NCBI RefSeq assembly: GCF_048593235.1
Contig: NC_133619.1
Span: 637,710,558-637,774,557, forward strand
Length of the DNA stretch: 64,000 nucleotides
Reading direction: 5' to 3'
Origin: Sminthopsis crassicaudata
Taxonomy: Eukaryota
In this document: one piece after another, positions 13,630 to 27,748 of the stretch
Position numbering within the stretch: position 1 is the first letter of the stretch
Layout of the letters: every line of letters begins with the position of its first letter
Made by a program: the position numbers and the translations under genes
Notes under the pieces: generated by a model
Database searches by the model: none
What the model saw: only the letters and a program-made list of their open reading frames with translations
Told to the model about the DNA's origin: nothing

Positions 13630-14340
13630 GACTGGAGAAGAGGGAATGGGGGCCTGCAGGACCCTCAAAGGGGAAAGAGACAAGCCGAAGGACATTACTA
13701 AAAGGGGGAGTAAACAGGCTGAGGGGAGTCACTAAGGGGAGTGGGGGACCTGTAGGACCCTGTGAAAGGGGCACAGGGCAGGCTGGGGGTCACTAAAGGG
13801 AGGGGGGCCTGTAGGACCTTCTTTAAGGGGAAGAGACAGCCTGAGGGGCATTACTTAGGGGAGTGGGGGTTGTGTAGGACCCTCTGAAGAGGAATGGGGA
13901 CAGGCTGATGGGCGTCACCAATGGAAGTGGGAGGGTCCCACAGGCCCCCCTGCAGGGGATTGGGGACAGGCTGGGGGGGGTCACAAAAGGGAGGAGAGGG
14001 CCTGCAGGACCCTCTTGGGGGAAGAAACAACCTGAGGGACTTTACTAAGGGGAATGGGATCGGGTAGGACCCTCTGAAGGAGAAAAAGAACAGGCTAATG
14101 GAGGTCACCAACGGAACTGGGTTTGTAGGACCCTCGGACGGGGACTGGGACAGGCTGGGGGGGGGTCACTAAAGGGGAGGAGGGGGGAGAAACAAGCTGA
14201 GGGGCATTACTAAGGGGAGCGTGGTACTCTCTGAAAGGGAAGAACAACAGGCTGATGGGGGCCACCAAGGAAAGTGGGGGGCTTGTAGGACCTTCTGAAG
14301 GGGATTGGGGACAGGCTGGGGGAACTTCTAGGGAGGTGGG
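13630..14340. repeat. ~60-bp G-rich minisatellite with ~185-bp trimeric higher-order structure
   Basis: Recurrent core 'g(c/t)aggaccct(c)tgaagggg' about every 60 bp, with three tails alternating in fixed order. Confidence 0.8.
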
Positions 14341-15130
14341 GCCTCTTGCGGGAGGGCCGGGGGGTCCTCTTGGGGGCGGGGTACGGGCCGCGGCCCGGCG
14401 GCCGGGGGTCCCCGAGGGGCGGGGCCGCGCGGCTGGGGGGTCGGGCTCGCGCCGCGCACGCGCGCGGGGGGGCGGGGCCGGGCGGCCTCGCGCCTCTCCC
14501 TCCCTTCTCCCCGGAGCTGCGCCGCGGTGAGGAGAGGGTGGGTAGCTGCCCGTCCGTCCCTCCCTTCCTCCCGCCCGCTCCCCGAAGTGGGGAGGCCTCT
14601 TCAGGTCACTCGGGACTCACCGCCTCGGGCCCGCGCCACCGCCGCCCTCACTCGCCTCGCTCTCTCCGCCTTCCCTCCCTCTCTCCTCACACCGACCGAC
14701 GCCGCCGCTGCCGCCGCCGTCGCCGCCGCCACGCTGCGTCACCGCGCCGCTGCGTCACCCCTCCTCCCTCTCCGCCCAGCTCGCGCCGTCGTTCCGCCCT
14801 CACCGCCGCCTCCTACTCGGCGCGCCCTCTCATTGGGTAGTGCTTTGCGGATGGACGGCCTTTCAACCAATGGGTGCCGCAGGGGTCGGAAACCGAGAAA
14901 GGGTGAGGAGAAGAACGCCACGGGGTTAGCTGAAGCGCCGGCGGGGAAGGGCCCGCCTCCAGATCCGGGCGAGGATAGGCTGGACGTCGCATGATTGGCA
15001 GACGGAAAGGGAAAGGCGGAGGACTGGGGAAAAGAAGGGAGGGAGGCAGGACCGCGCTGTCTGGAGCGTTGCCATGCCAACGGCTCGGGCTGTACTGGGC
15101 TTCGGGCCTCCGCCCTGCAGGAGGCGGGCT
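14340..15130 (-). promoter_or_regulatory. SAMD4B: SAMD4B CpG-island promoter with CCAAT boxes
   Basis: Very high GC/CpG; CCAAT/ATTGG at 14832-14836, 14867-14871 and 14994-14998; GC boxes. Confidence 0.8.
14621..14830 (-). other. SAMD4B: SAMD4B non-coding exon 1 (TSS approximate)
   Basis: Minus-strand donor gcccgaggcg|gtgagt at 14621/14620; GCG-repeat-rich leader downstream of the CCAAT boxes. Confidence 0.7.
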
Positions 15131-16859
15131 CAGATCGACGCTTCCCCCGCCGGCTCAGCGCTCCACACCCCATCTTCTGGACTCCCCTCGCCTCTCCCCC
15201 TCCTCCTTTATTAAACCCCTCTCCTCTCACGTTCCCTCCTCCCTCGACAAATCCCTTTCTCCCACACGGAGCCTCCCCGGTCCGCGGCTCCCCTCCCTCT
15301 GCACGGACCTCCCCGCCCTCAGCCGGGCCCCCTTCAGCCGGCCCCTGCCCCCTGCCAGACCCTCCCCTTGGGCAGGCCCCGCCCCTCTTCCAGCCGGGCC
15401 CCCTCCCCCTTCCTCTGGGCCTCCTCCTCCCTTAGGCCCTTCCTTTTTAACCTGGCCCCCACTTCTGTCACTTTCACAAACACTTCACTCCTTTGAGTCA
15501 GTAAAATGAACCCTCCGGACCCGTGGAGACCCTCCTAGGGACAAATCTATGATTTTCTAATCCCCCCCTAACTCCCTTTACCCAAGTCCCTGTTCGCCCC
15601 TCCCCACGTTTCTAGCTCGTCTCCCCCCTCCCTTCTCTGAGATTCCTCCACTCTTCCCATCCCTCCGGCCAATCCCGCGGCCTCCCTCTTATCCTCCCTC
15701 TTCCCCTTCTCAGTGCTCCAGTCTCCCTACTCCCCCTCCTCTAAAATGCTCGCCCCTCTTCTGTTCCCCTTCCCTCGGTCCCTTCTTCCGCGTCTCCTCC
15801 GATCCCTCCCAGATCCCAGCCTCCAATTCTCTCCATCTCCTCTGCTCAAAGCCTTCCTTCCAATCCTCCTCCATCCCCTCTCAGAAATCCCCCCCCCCCC
15901 CAGCTCCGTCCTCACACCCCGGGCCACACCCTCATCTCCTTCAGCCCGCGCTTACCCAAACCCTCCCTACTCTTCCTCCTCAAATCCGCGCTTCCAGAAG
16001 CCCCCGTGCCCCCCATCCTGTCAGTGCCTCTGACCCCCGTCTCTTGAGAACCTCCTTGAGTTCTTGTCCACCCCAGATCCCCCGGCGTTATCCCATGTGT
16101 TCTCCTCCCCTGTCTCCGAGTCTTCTTTTCAATACATTTTCCCCAAACCTCTGCCTCCCTGTCTCTTTCCATGTTACCTTTAAACTACCTGACATCCTTT
16201 CCCCCAGACCCCTTCTCTCTCCATCCCCGTAAAACCCTTAGCAGCCCTTCCAGTGCCGCTTGTCCTCCTTCCGTCAGGCTGCCCCCTCCCCAGCCTCCTC
16301 TCTCAGCCCACCTGACCCACAACCCTTCATTTAAGGATGTGGAGACGTGGGAGCAAGGGAAGCAGAACTCGGGTGTGTGCCACGAGAAGTGGGAGACAGG
16401 ATAAAGAAAGTGGGGCGGGTGTGGGCCACAGGTGTTACAGTGTTCTTGTCCAGAGAGATGGGGGTGCTCTGGCTTCCTGGAGGACCCTGCCTAGACCTCC
16501 CAAGCCCTTAGTTTCCCTTTAGGCAGACTGAGAAGTGAAGTCCAAGGTCCCTTATTAACCTTAGAATTGTAGTCCTGGAGACAATCTGGAGCAGGGCTGT
16601 GTATGTCTGGACTCCTCAGAATCCTGTTTTTAAATTACAAAATGAAACTGGATTAAAAAGCAAAAGCAATTGGATTGAACTAAAGAAGTATTTTTTTTTT
16701 CCATCCAAATTCCCAGATCCCTTCATCATGAATCCTAAGACTCCTTTGATTTAGAGCCTGGAAGAGTCAGTGGATCTGGGAGGACTTCCTGGAAGAAGTC
16801 AGGACAGAATGGACATTGGAGGCCTGAAAATAAGGCCTGGAGTACAGAAGTTTGGGGAT

Positions 16860-17023
16860 GGGGAGGAAGTATGGGAAGAGGAAGTATGACGGGGCATAAG
16901 GGAAGAGGAGGGGCTCAGGCAACAGTTACCCCAGGACTGATATAAACAGGATGTGGTATCAGAGCAGACTTTCCCTCCTCCTCGGAAGGCAGGAATCAAC
17001 CCAAGGGAGACATCCTTGGGACC
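16860..17023 (+). promoter_or_regulatory. GMFG: GMFG promoter: two ETS/PU.1-type GAGGAAGT sites and a TATA box
   Basis: GAGGAAGT at 16863-16870 and 16878-16885; TATAAA at 16941-16946; about 80 bp upstream of the ATG-only coding exon 1. Confidence 0.65.
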
Positions 17024-19087
<2,064 letters not shown>

Positions 19088-19178
19088 CTGGGGGTGTCTG
19101 GAGCTGGGGGGATCCAGCTGTCCAAGGATCCAGAGGCGGGACACCGGGGGGCCCTGGGAAATTCAATATCCTGAGACA

Positions 19179-19184
19179 AATAAA
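19179..19184 (+). terminator. GMFG: GMFG polyadenylation signal AATAAA
   Basis: AATAAA about 90 nt after the TAG stop. Confidence 0.75.
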
Positions 19185-19865
19185 CCAGGGAATCTGGACT
19201 GGTCCCCTTGGTTAGCACGACTCCACCCACGCAGCTCTGCAGGGCTCCCGGTGGCCAGCAGAGGTCAGTCAGCGATCGCAGAAGGGGAGGCGGAGCACAG
19301 GGCATCCGGGTCCCACTCCGAGAGGCTTGGGGAAAGGACACTGACTACCCTGAAAGGGGAGAGCGCCGAAGGATGAGCCACTTGGGTGTTAAAGGGCAGA
19401 GGCCCGGCAATCCTGGAGATCTGGGAGGCAGGACCCCTGGGTTCCCTAGAAAAGGAGGCTGTAGGGAGGGGGAGATATTTTTGGAAGAGCCTGCCAGTCC
19501 TTTTAAACTTTTCCTTTTCCTTCAAGGAAGGACTCAGTATGGGAACTGACACTCAGGGAAAGATCTTGGGGAGATATGGAAGGAGACTCAAAACCAGCCA
19601 TCAGAGAGGGAGTAGAGCCCCCTGGAAGTGCTTCCTGCCCTCCAGCCGCTGTCCTTGGGGTCGGGGGCTGCCTTCTACTCCCTCCTTTCACAAGTCCACT
19701 TTAGGGGGGGGGGAGGAGCAGAGGGAGGAGGAGGAGGGAGAAGGGAGGCAGCAAGGGAAGAACCTGGAGGCCATAGTGCAGGGGCCAGGTCTGTGCCCCA
19801 CCCCCCTCAGAGAGCAAGGTACACCCTGGTCCAGAACATGCTGCTGCTGCTGAAGCTGAGGCCAT

Positions 19866-19879
19866 GTTGCCATGGCAAC
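19866..19879. promoter_or_regulatory. RFX X-box (perfect palindrome GTTGCCATGGCAAC)
   Basis: Exact 14-bp RFX consensus palindrome; a second near-consensus GTTGCCATGGAAAT is at 20532-20545. Confidence 0.6.
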
Positions 19880-22349
19880 CAGCTACCATCCCCAGGTCTC
19901 CAGGCCAGAGAACTGTGTCTCCAAGCTCCAGATGAGGGGACTCCACCCTGGGACCCAGGGGCAAGAAAGGAACTCAAATTCTCTCTTTGTTGGGTATAAA
20001 CCTACCTGTCCCCACTCACAGAAGCAATCCCTAAATCTTGATGGGGGGGAAGAAAAGAGGGGAGACTGAAGCAGAGCTCTCCCCATTTTCCTCCAAAGGT
20101 GACCTCCATCCCTACCTCACATCCTCCTTTCTTCCCTTCCTTGGTTAAAGAGAGTTCCTATGACCTCTATTATTCCCCAAACTTGGGGGGGGGGCAGGCA
20201 GAAGGAAGCACTCGCCTACTAGAAGCAGGACTTGTCAATCTGAGAATTAGCATGCAAAGGAGGAGGTGGCAGCAGGAGGAGATTAAAGCAGTAAAGTCAC
20301 CAAACAATTTAATTGCTTCAGGGAATGGGGAAATTAGAGGGAGGGGAGGGGACTGATCTTCCAAGATTACCCACCTTGCCTGAAAGGAGGATGGGGTCCA
20401 AGTGGACCCCATGACAAAGAAGCCTGGAAAACCACAGTTGGGGAAAGAGAACCAAAGGATCCCAGTGTTAACCTTCTCTGAGTCTCTAGTGCCAGGAAAG
20501 CCCCTTCATTACTGGAAGGGACCTGGTGGCCGTTGCCATGGAAATAATGACAGTGACCTTGGGCCCCCAGCCACCTTTTCACCATTTCACCATTGATTGA
20601 GGTTTCACAGAGGAGGGGCAAGAGTTTCCAACCCGGTCCTTCCCTCCTCCCCCTTCCCTTCCCTTCCCTTTCCTTCCCTTCCTTCCCTTCTTAACTCTTC
20701 CATCTCATCCTCACAAAGTAAGGAGAGAGAAAGCCAGGATGGAGATGTTAGTACTGGGGCTCTCTTCAAAGGACAGAAGTCTTGTGATGGAGCACAGAGG
20801 CAGACTCAGTTTTCCTCCCCTCCACATGAAACCATTTCCCTGATCACAGGGTGGACTGTCCACCTTCATTGGGTCCCAGCTTCCTGAACCCGAAAATGGG
20901 CATGTTTTAATGTTCTGTGATCTCATCGATTTTTTTCTGATTTCTTGCTGGGCAAAGGTGTCAGGGTGTTGGACTGAGAGACTCTGAAGGCCAGAGATGG
21001 AAGGCTTAAGGCCTTCCAGAGAAAAAGTTTTCCATGACTTAGTAAAAACCACCACCTTAGAAAGAAAAATCGGATTCTTGATGGATTTTAGGAGGGAAAA
21101 GGAATGCTCATGGAGTACCTTTCGATTTCTCTGCCCCTGGAGGCTTGGGGTAACTTGCCCCTTCCCATGTACTTGGAGTCCTTTAGACAAGGGTGTAAGA
21201 AAGGAACCCGAACTGGGCAGGGCCAATCGGATGGTAGAATGACTAATCAGAAGAGACATTTCAGAGGCTTTTGTCCAATCCAGGTTGAGTAGAGCAGGGT
21301 GTGATCTGAGGACCAGTTGGAAAAGGTACCGAGTAGGCTTCTGCTCAGGAATGGCCAGTACAGAGCAAAAGTACAGGACTCCTCTCCTGATGGCTCGCTC
21401 AAGGCCACTCGAAGGGTTCTGTCCAATCACCTTGTTACTTTGTCCCTTAGCTTCCGACTCAGTTGAATGGGAAGGCTTGGCCCAGGTGACCTAGCCCCCT
21501 TTTGGCTTACAGGTGTGCCCCTATCATCCTTAAGGTTCCTTCTGAGATTCTCTCAAGCCTGGAGGGTGTCTTGGAGCAATGGACTAGAGCAGCCACCAGA
21601 TGAAGCAGGAGATGGAGAGGATGCTGTGAAAGGCTTTTGGGGGACTGGGGATGCTGAGCAGCAGGATTGCAGAGAGGCCTTGGGGAGGGATGAGTGGGCT
21701 GAAGTCTGTTCTAAGTATACCTTCCCTCCTCCCTTTCTCACCCCTCTGCCGAACCAGACTCAGAGCCCTGGCTTTCCAGGTTTTGTTCCTCCCCGGCTAT
21801 CCCATCCTTTTTAGGCTCAGTCCAGGTGGGGGTCTTCTTGGGGGTGTTCAAGAAAGAACTGAATCATCCTATCATAAATAGACCAATCGGCAGGCCTGAC
21901 GGGTAGACTATGGAAAGAAGGCTGTTGGTTTGGGCGAGGCCAGGAGGGCCAGGGAGGTAGACCACAAAGATGGAGCCCCAAATGTCCTTTCCCTGTCTAC
22001 AGTTATTGAGCACCTCCTGTGTACAAGGGCTGCTAGCCATAGCTGTCTCTGGCCCAGGCGTTCCCTGGCTTTGTCTGGGTGCCCTCTGCCAGTCGGTGGG
22101 GTCAGGGTCCCTCCCGGTTCAGCCTCCAGGGCTCCCTGGCTCTTCCTGGGGCCTTCCTCTTCCATCTCTGGCCCAATCTCTTCCCCCTCTTCCCCGCTCC
22201 ACCGGGGCCCTCCTCCTCCTGCAGCAGAATCTCGCCCCCACGTGTGTCCATCTGGTCCCCGTAGGCAGGGGACCCAGGTATCCTGACATCCCAGGGTCCC
22301 GGACCTGGCACGGCCCCTCCCTCTGCGGAGAGAAGAGGGGGCCAAAGCC

Positions 22350-23350
22350 CGACCGCCATGGTTGGGGGCGCTGCGACTAGGCTGGGGGCCTGGGTGGGGA
22401 GGGGTCCGCCGTGCTCCGGCTCCCGGGGCCGGGAGCAGGGGAGGGACCCAGGCGCGCCCGCCTCCCCGCCCCCTCGCCCCTCCCTTCCGCTCCCCTCCCC
22501 CCCTTTGCAGATCGGGCGCACGCGCCCCGCGCTGTGCGGAGGGAGGAGCCGCGCGCCGAGCTCCGGCTGTACCGCGCCCCCCCCGCCCCCTCCCCCCAGC
22601 CCTCCCGGCCCCGGCCCCCCTCCCTCCTTCCCTCCCTCCCTCCTCCGTCCCCATCCCCCTTCCCTCTCCGTCCCCTCCCCTCCCCTCCCCCCGCCATGGC
22701 GCGGACCGAGGCGGCGGCGGCCGGAGCCAGAGCCAGAGCCCGGGGCCGGGCCGGGGCCGGGGCCGGGCCCCCCCGGAGGTGAGCTCGGGGCCCGGGGTGG
22801 GGAAAGCGGGGGACGGGAGCGTGTGTGCTGGGTGCCGGGCGCCGGGGCGGTGGGATGTGTGCGCTGTGGGATGTGTGTGCGCGCGTGTCCGCGCCGCTGC
22901 GGCGCCCCGGTCCGGGTGTCCGGGTGTGTCTGTGTGCGCGTGGGGGGGCCGGGTGGTGGGGGCGGAGGGCGGGGGGTCCGCGGCCGCGCCGGCCCGGGTG
23001 TCTGGCGTGCCCGGCGCCTGGTGCTCGTGGGAGCGTGCGGGCTCCGGCGTGTCCGCGGATGTGTCCGCCCGTTGGTGTGTCCGTGTGTGTCTGTCTGCAT
23101 CTGTGTGTTGCCGTGTGTCTGCGTGTGAGGGGCCGTGTGTGTCCGCCCGCGGCCCGGACGTCTCCCCGGCGCTCCGACCCGTCCATGTGCCTCCGTGGGT
23201 GTCCAGGTGTCTGGGGACAGCTCCTACCTTAAGCCCTTGGGAGGGGGATGGGTGGAGGGGAGGGGAGGGGGGGCACCGTGGGCCTGGGTCCCTGGGGCTT
23301 CCCCCCCTGTCATTTCCTCCCTGGCCGGGAGCGGCCCCGGGCTGAGTGGG
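22350..23350 (+). promoter_or_regulatory. LRFN1: LRFN1 CpG-island promoter and first (5'UTR) exon ending at 22778
   Basis: CpG island 3-4 kb upstream of the LRFN1 ATG; strong donor ggag|gtgagc at 22778/22779. Confidence 0.7.
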
Positions 23351-23795
23351 GGCCGGGGGCTGGACACATGGCCCCGGACTCCCGGGGAGAAAGGTGGAAT
23401 CGCGGGAGACTACCCCCCCCTTGCCAAGGGGAGGCCTGCCCAACCCTGCCCCTCCTAGCAGATCTCCCAGGATCCTTCAGAATCTGCCCGGATCCATTGG
23501 GATCCTCTAGGCCTCCAGAGGGAGGGGGGCCCGAGGGACCCTGCCACAGGCCCAGGTCTGATTTTCTTTGCAGGATTCTCTCCTCCCTCCCCCCCACCCC
23601 CCAGCACATTTCAGTGTTTGGGGATTGGGCCTGGAGAGAAGCCGTAAGAGCGCCCTGGAGCCCATCCTCCCCAAACCCAGACATCCCCCCCTCCCTCCCC
23701 CTCCTTCCCAGCCCCAGCCCTACCTGCCCCACTTCCATCTCAGGAGCCTTGACCTTCTGACCCCTCATCTCTGCTCCTTAACTCTTGATTCCCAG

Positions 23796-23875
23796 AGGCC
23801 CAGATTCCCGGGGCCTCTCTCCCTGCTGGGGTTTGGCCCAGACCGTCCCCTGGGGGTGGTGAGTACTGGACCAAG
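23796..23875 (+). other. LRFN1: Candidate small LRFN1 5'UTR exon (donor after 23858 or 23875)
   Basis: Pyrimidine-rich acceptor ctccttaactcttgattcccag at 23795; donors tg|gtgagt and aag|gtgagg. Splice-site inference only. Confidence 0.35.
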
Positions 23876-23958
23876 GTGAGGTGGAGGCTGGAGCTCGAGA
23901 TCCTGGGATGCGAGTGTGTGCTGGGTACTGGCTGGCGAGGGTCTGTGTCTCCGGGATG

Positions 23959-23963
23959 GTGTG

Positions 23964-24010
<47 letters not shown>
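23959..24010. repeat. (GT)n microsatellite
   Basis: Pure (GT)20 at 23971-24010 with a degenerate left flank. Confidence 0.95.
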
Positions 24011-24012
<2 letters not shown>

Positions 24013-24729
24013 GGAACCATGTGCCACCAGCCAGTCTCCTCCTTTCCACAGCTTTTTGTGTCTCTGTGTGTCAAGGTCCCAGCACATTTTCAGTGGCTGG
24101 GCTCTTTGTCACCTGCTGTGCGCGTGGGGGACGCATGTTGAGTGTGTGTGTATCAGAGTATGAACAAACCCAGGTGTGTCCCCGGGGCAGGCCTGGCAGG
24201 CCTTCCCAGGGGACTGGGAATGGTGGCCTGGGGGAGCATGTCCGAGCATGTGCTGGGGGCTGCATGTCAGCCAAGACGTCCCATCCCTGGACTTCCCTCC
24301 TCCTTCCTCAGTGGGCACGGAAGTCCTGGGGGGCCTGAGCTTGGGGTACTCACCCCCTTCTGAGGGGCAGCTTGAGGCAGGGGAGGTAGAGCTGAGCCTG
24401 GATCCCAGAGTCCTGTGTGCAAATTCTGCCTCTGACACTTCCTAGCCTAGCCTTGAAACCACTGGCCAGCCATTCAACCGATTCCCAGTTTCACCATTTG
24501 CAAAATTGGGGTGGGGGGGAATGACAGGCAGTGTCTCCCCAAAGGACTTTGTGAGACTCGGATGCTGGCTCTTGTGAGGGGCCATCAAAGGCAGTAGTTG
24601 TTCCCGAGGGCCTGGGATCCGAAGCCCTGGGCCTGGGGAACTGAAGCATGAGGGCTGAGAGGCGGACCCCAGGGGGGACTTTCCCAGTCCCCAGGTGGGG
24701 CTGATGGGAGAATGTTGCTGTCTTTCCAG

Positions 24730-24759
24730 GTGGTGCCGGCCATGATTTCGTGAGGAGAG
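24730..24759 (+). other. LRFN1: Candidate LRFN1 5'UTR micro-exon
   Basis: Acceptor gctgtctttccag at 24729; donor gagag|gtgagc at 24759/24760. Splice-site inference only. Confidence 0.35.
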
Positions 24760-25259
24760 GTGAGCGAGGAGTCAGGTGCTGTGGAGGGGGCAGCTTGGAT
24801 TTTGTTTAAACCTCAGGAGCCCTGGGTCAATGCTCTGCTGGGGGGGGGGGGGCAGGGAGGAGCATGTCTGGGGGGAAGGGTGGAGCTTAGACTGGATGTG
24901 AAGGGGGAGGGTTGGAGAAGTGGGAGGGGGGCAGGTGTCATCTTTCACCACATGGATGGCCACTTATGGCAGTGCAAAGGAGAGCCCTACTAGGAACTTC
25001 ATGATGAAGTGAAGGGAGGAAGGAGAGACAGAGGTGGGCCCGGGGAAGGCGGTGGGGAGAGGGAATGGGATCGGGATCCATGCTGTGTGATGGATGGCCA
25101 GTTCCAGGGAGATGGGATTGGGGGTCACCACACTATGGAGGTGGTGAGCGAAGGGCCCGCTCCCTCCCTCCTAGGCAATGGGCACCATGAGGCCCGGTCT
25201 CACCCCTGCTGGTCCAAACTCCGAGAGAGAAACCAGCAAAGGGGACTGAAGTTCAGGAG

Positions 25260-25710
25260 ACAACCAGAGGAAAGAGTCAGAGACAGAGATGGAGACTCTG
25301 AGACAGGCGGAAGCAGAGACCAAAACAGAGATAGAAGAACTGGGAGATTCCGAGAGACACAGGGACTTCCCAGACAGGGGCCAGAAACAGAGGTGGGGAA
25401 GGGAGAAGAGGAGGACATCGGGAGACAGACACAGGAGCTGAAAGGAGACAGACACACAGAGAGAGACACTTAAAACTGAGAGGGAGACAGAGAGAAACAG
25501 ACACCGGGAGACAGACACACAGAGACAAACAGACATAGAAACCTGAGAGGGAGACGGAGATAAGAGACAGACATAGGGAGAGATAGAGGCGGACAGATAT
25601 AGGGAGACAGACATACACAGATAGAAGTACTGGGAGACACAGAGACACAGACACAGAACTGAGAGAAAGAGAAAAGAGAGACGGAGAAAGACAGAGAGAC
25701 AGACAGAGAG
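25260..25710. repeat. GA/GACA-rich low-complexity tract
   Basis: Continuous 'gagacagaga/cagacacaga' degenerate repeats. Confidence 0.8.
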
Positions 25711-26333
25711 AGGTAAAGTGAAGACATGGAGGGTTCCCAGGGGGCTAAAAAGGGGCCAGGAACTTTGCCCTGCTGGCCTCTTGGGTGCTCGTTTCCTGGG
25801 AAAGCCCTGGCTCACGGGGTGGGGAACATGAGGTAAAGTGGAATATGGATGCCCCCCCCATCTCTCCCCATTCCCTCCACACTCCTCCTCGGGCCCTGTT
25901 GTGATGGGAGCTGACACACCGTGGGCTGGAGCTGCCGCAGGGGGATTCCCAGACGAAAAGTTTGCCGGGAGCAAGTGGGGGGCTCTGTGTGTGTGTGTGT
26001 GTGTCTGTGACTGAGCAGGCATTCCCACAATTAGAGCCGTAGGCTGACACTGCAGTGGGAGGGTTGGAGGTTAGACACCAACAGAGACTACCCACAATCC
26101 ACAAGCTCCAGGGCCCAGTTTCTGACTTCCTGGTGTGCCAGTGGCACATGCTCCAAGCCTGCCCCCTCTACTCCTGAGGAGGAGGGGTTGAGGAAGAGGG
26201 AGCAAGGGGAGTCCACACTCCTGGGAAGGGCAGCTGTATTAGAGTGGAGGACAGAGAGACCCTCCCTCCTTCCACACCGCAAATGCTTTCTCTTCTCCTC
26301 CTCCTCTAGGACCAGTCACTGAGGTTCTCCACC

Positions 26334-27748
26334 ATGGCCCCAGGATCTTCTTCATCATCATCTCCTCCATCTCCAGCCCTGCCCCTCCTTCTCCTCCTGT
26401 GGGCTGGGGCACCCCCATCCACTGGGCAGCCCTGCCCAGGCCGTTGCATCTGCCAAAATGTATCCCCGACTCTGACCATGTTGTGTGCCAAGACTGGCCT
26501 GCTTTTCGTCCCACCGGCCATCGACCGCCGGGTAGTTGAGTTACGGCTGACCGACAACTTCATCGCCGCCGTGCGCCGCAGGGATTTCGCCAACATGACC
26601 AGTCTGGTCCACCTCACCCTGTCCCGCAACACCATCGGCCAAGTGGCCCCTGGTGCCTTTGCCGACCTCCGGACCCTCCGCGCCCTCCATCTGGACAGCA
26701 ATCGCCTTGGGGAGGTGCGGGGCGACCACCTGCGGGGCTTGGTGAACCTGAGACACCTCATCCTGGGCAACAACCAGATCCGCTGGGTGGAGCCGGCCGC
26801 CTTCGATGCCTTTCTGGGTACCGTGGAAGACCTGGACCTGTCCTACAACAACTTGGAGTCTCTGCCCTGGGAGGCCGTGGGCCAGATGGTCAACCTCAAC
26901 ACTCTCACCCTGGACCACAACCTCATCGACCACATCGCCGAGGGCACCTTTGTCCAGCTCCACAAACTGGTCCGGCTGGACATGACCTCCAACCGGCTGC
27001 ACAAGCTGCCCCCCGACGGGCTCTTCCTGCGCGCTCAGGCCTCGGGCCCCAAGCCACCGTCCACGCTGACGGTCAGCTTTGGGGGGAACCCTCTGCACTG
27101 CAACTGTGAACTTCTCTGGCTGAGGAGGCTGACCCGGGAGGATGACCTGGAGACGTGCGCCACACCCGAGCACCTGACTGACCGCTACTTCTGGTCCATC
27201 CCGGAGGAGGAATTTCTTTGTGAGCCGCCCCTCATCACACGCCAGGCGGCCGGCCGTGCCCTCGTGGTGGAAGGCCAGGCCGTGAGCCTGCGCTGCAAGG
27301 CGGTGGGTGACCCCGAGCCTGTGGTGCACTGGGTGGCCCCCGACGGGCGGCTGCTGGGCAACTCTAGCCGCACTCGAGTTCGGGGGGACGGGACCCTCGA
27401 AGTGACCATCACCACCCTCCGAGACAGCGGCATCTTCACTTGCATAGCCTCCAATGCGGCCGGGGAGGCCACGGCCCCTGTGGAGGTGTGCGTGGTGCCT
27501 CTGCCGCTCATGGCGCCGCCCCCTGCTGCGCCGCCCCCCCTCAGTGAGCCCGGGTCCTCGGACATTGCCACACCGGGGCGGCCGGGGGCCAATGAGACTG
27601 GCTCTGCCGGGGCCGAGCGGAGACTGGTGGCCGCGGAGCTCACCTCCAGCTCGGTGGTCATTCGCTGGCCTGCCCAGAGGCCTGTGCCCGGCATCCGCAT
27701 GTATCAGGTGCAGTACAACAGCTCTGCTGATGACTCGCTGGTCTACAG
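26334..27748 (+). CDS. LRFN1: LRFN1 (SALM2) coding exon 1: signal peptide, LRRs, LRRCT, Ig domain, start of FN3
   Basis: [68 protein letters not shown]. Acceptor ctcctctag at 26309; phase-2 donor tacag|gtgag at 27748. Confidence 0.98.

Noticed and set aside
16786-16794. STAT GAS-like TTCCTGGAA upstream of GMFG
   Set aside because: Sits in text typical of old L2/MIR repeats ('ggaggacttcctggaagaag'); a single common 9-mer.
21908-23443. 511-aa minus ORF and the many overlapping ORFs in the LRFN1 CpG island
   Set aside because: Extreme GC content suppresses stops in all frames; P/G/R/A-rich low-complexity translation with no domain.
25171-26028. 285-aa minus ORF
   Set aside because: Mostly translation of a (TC/TG) low-complexity tract.
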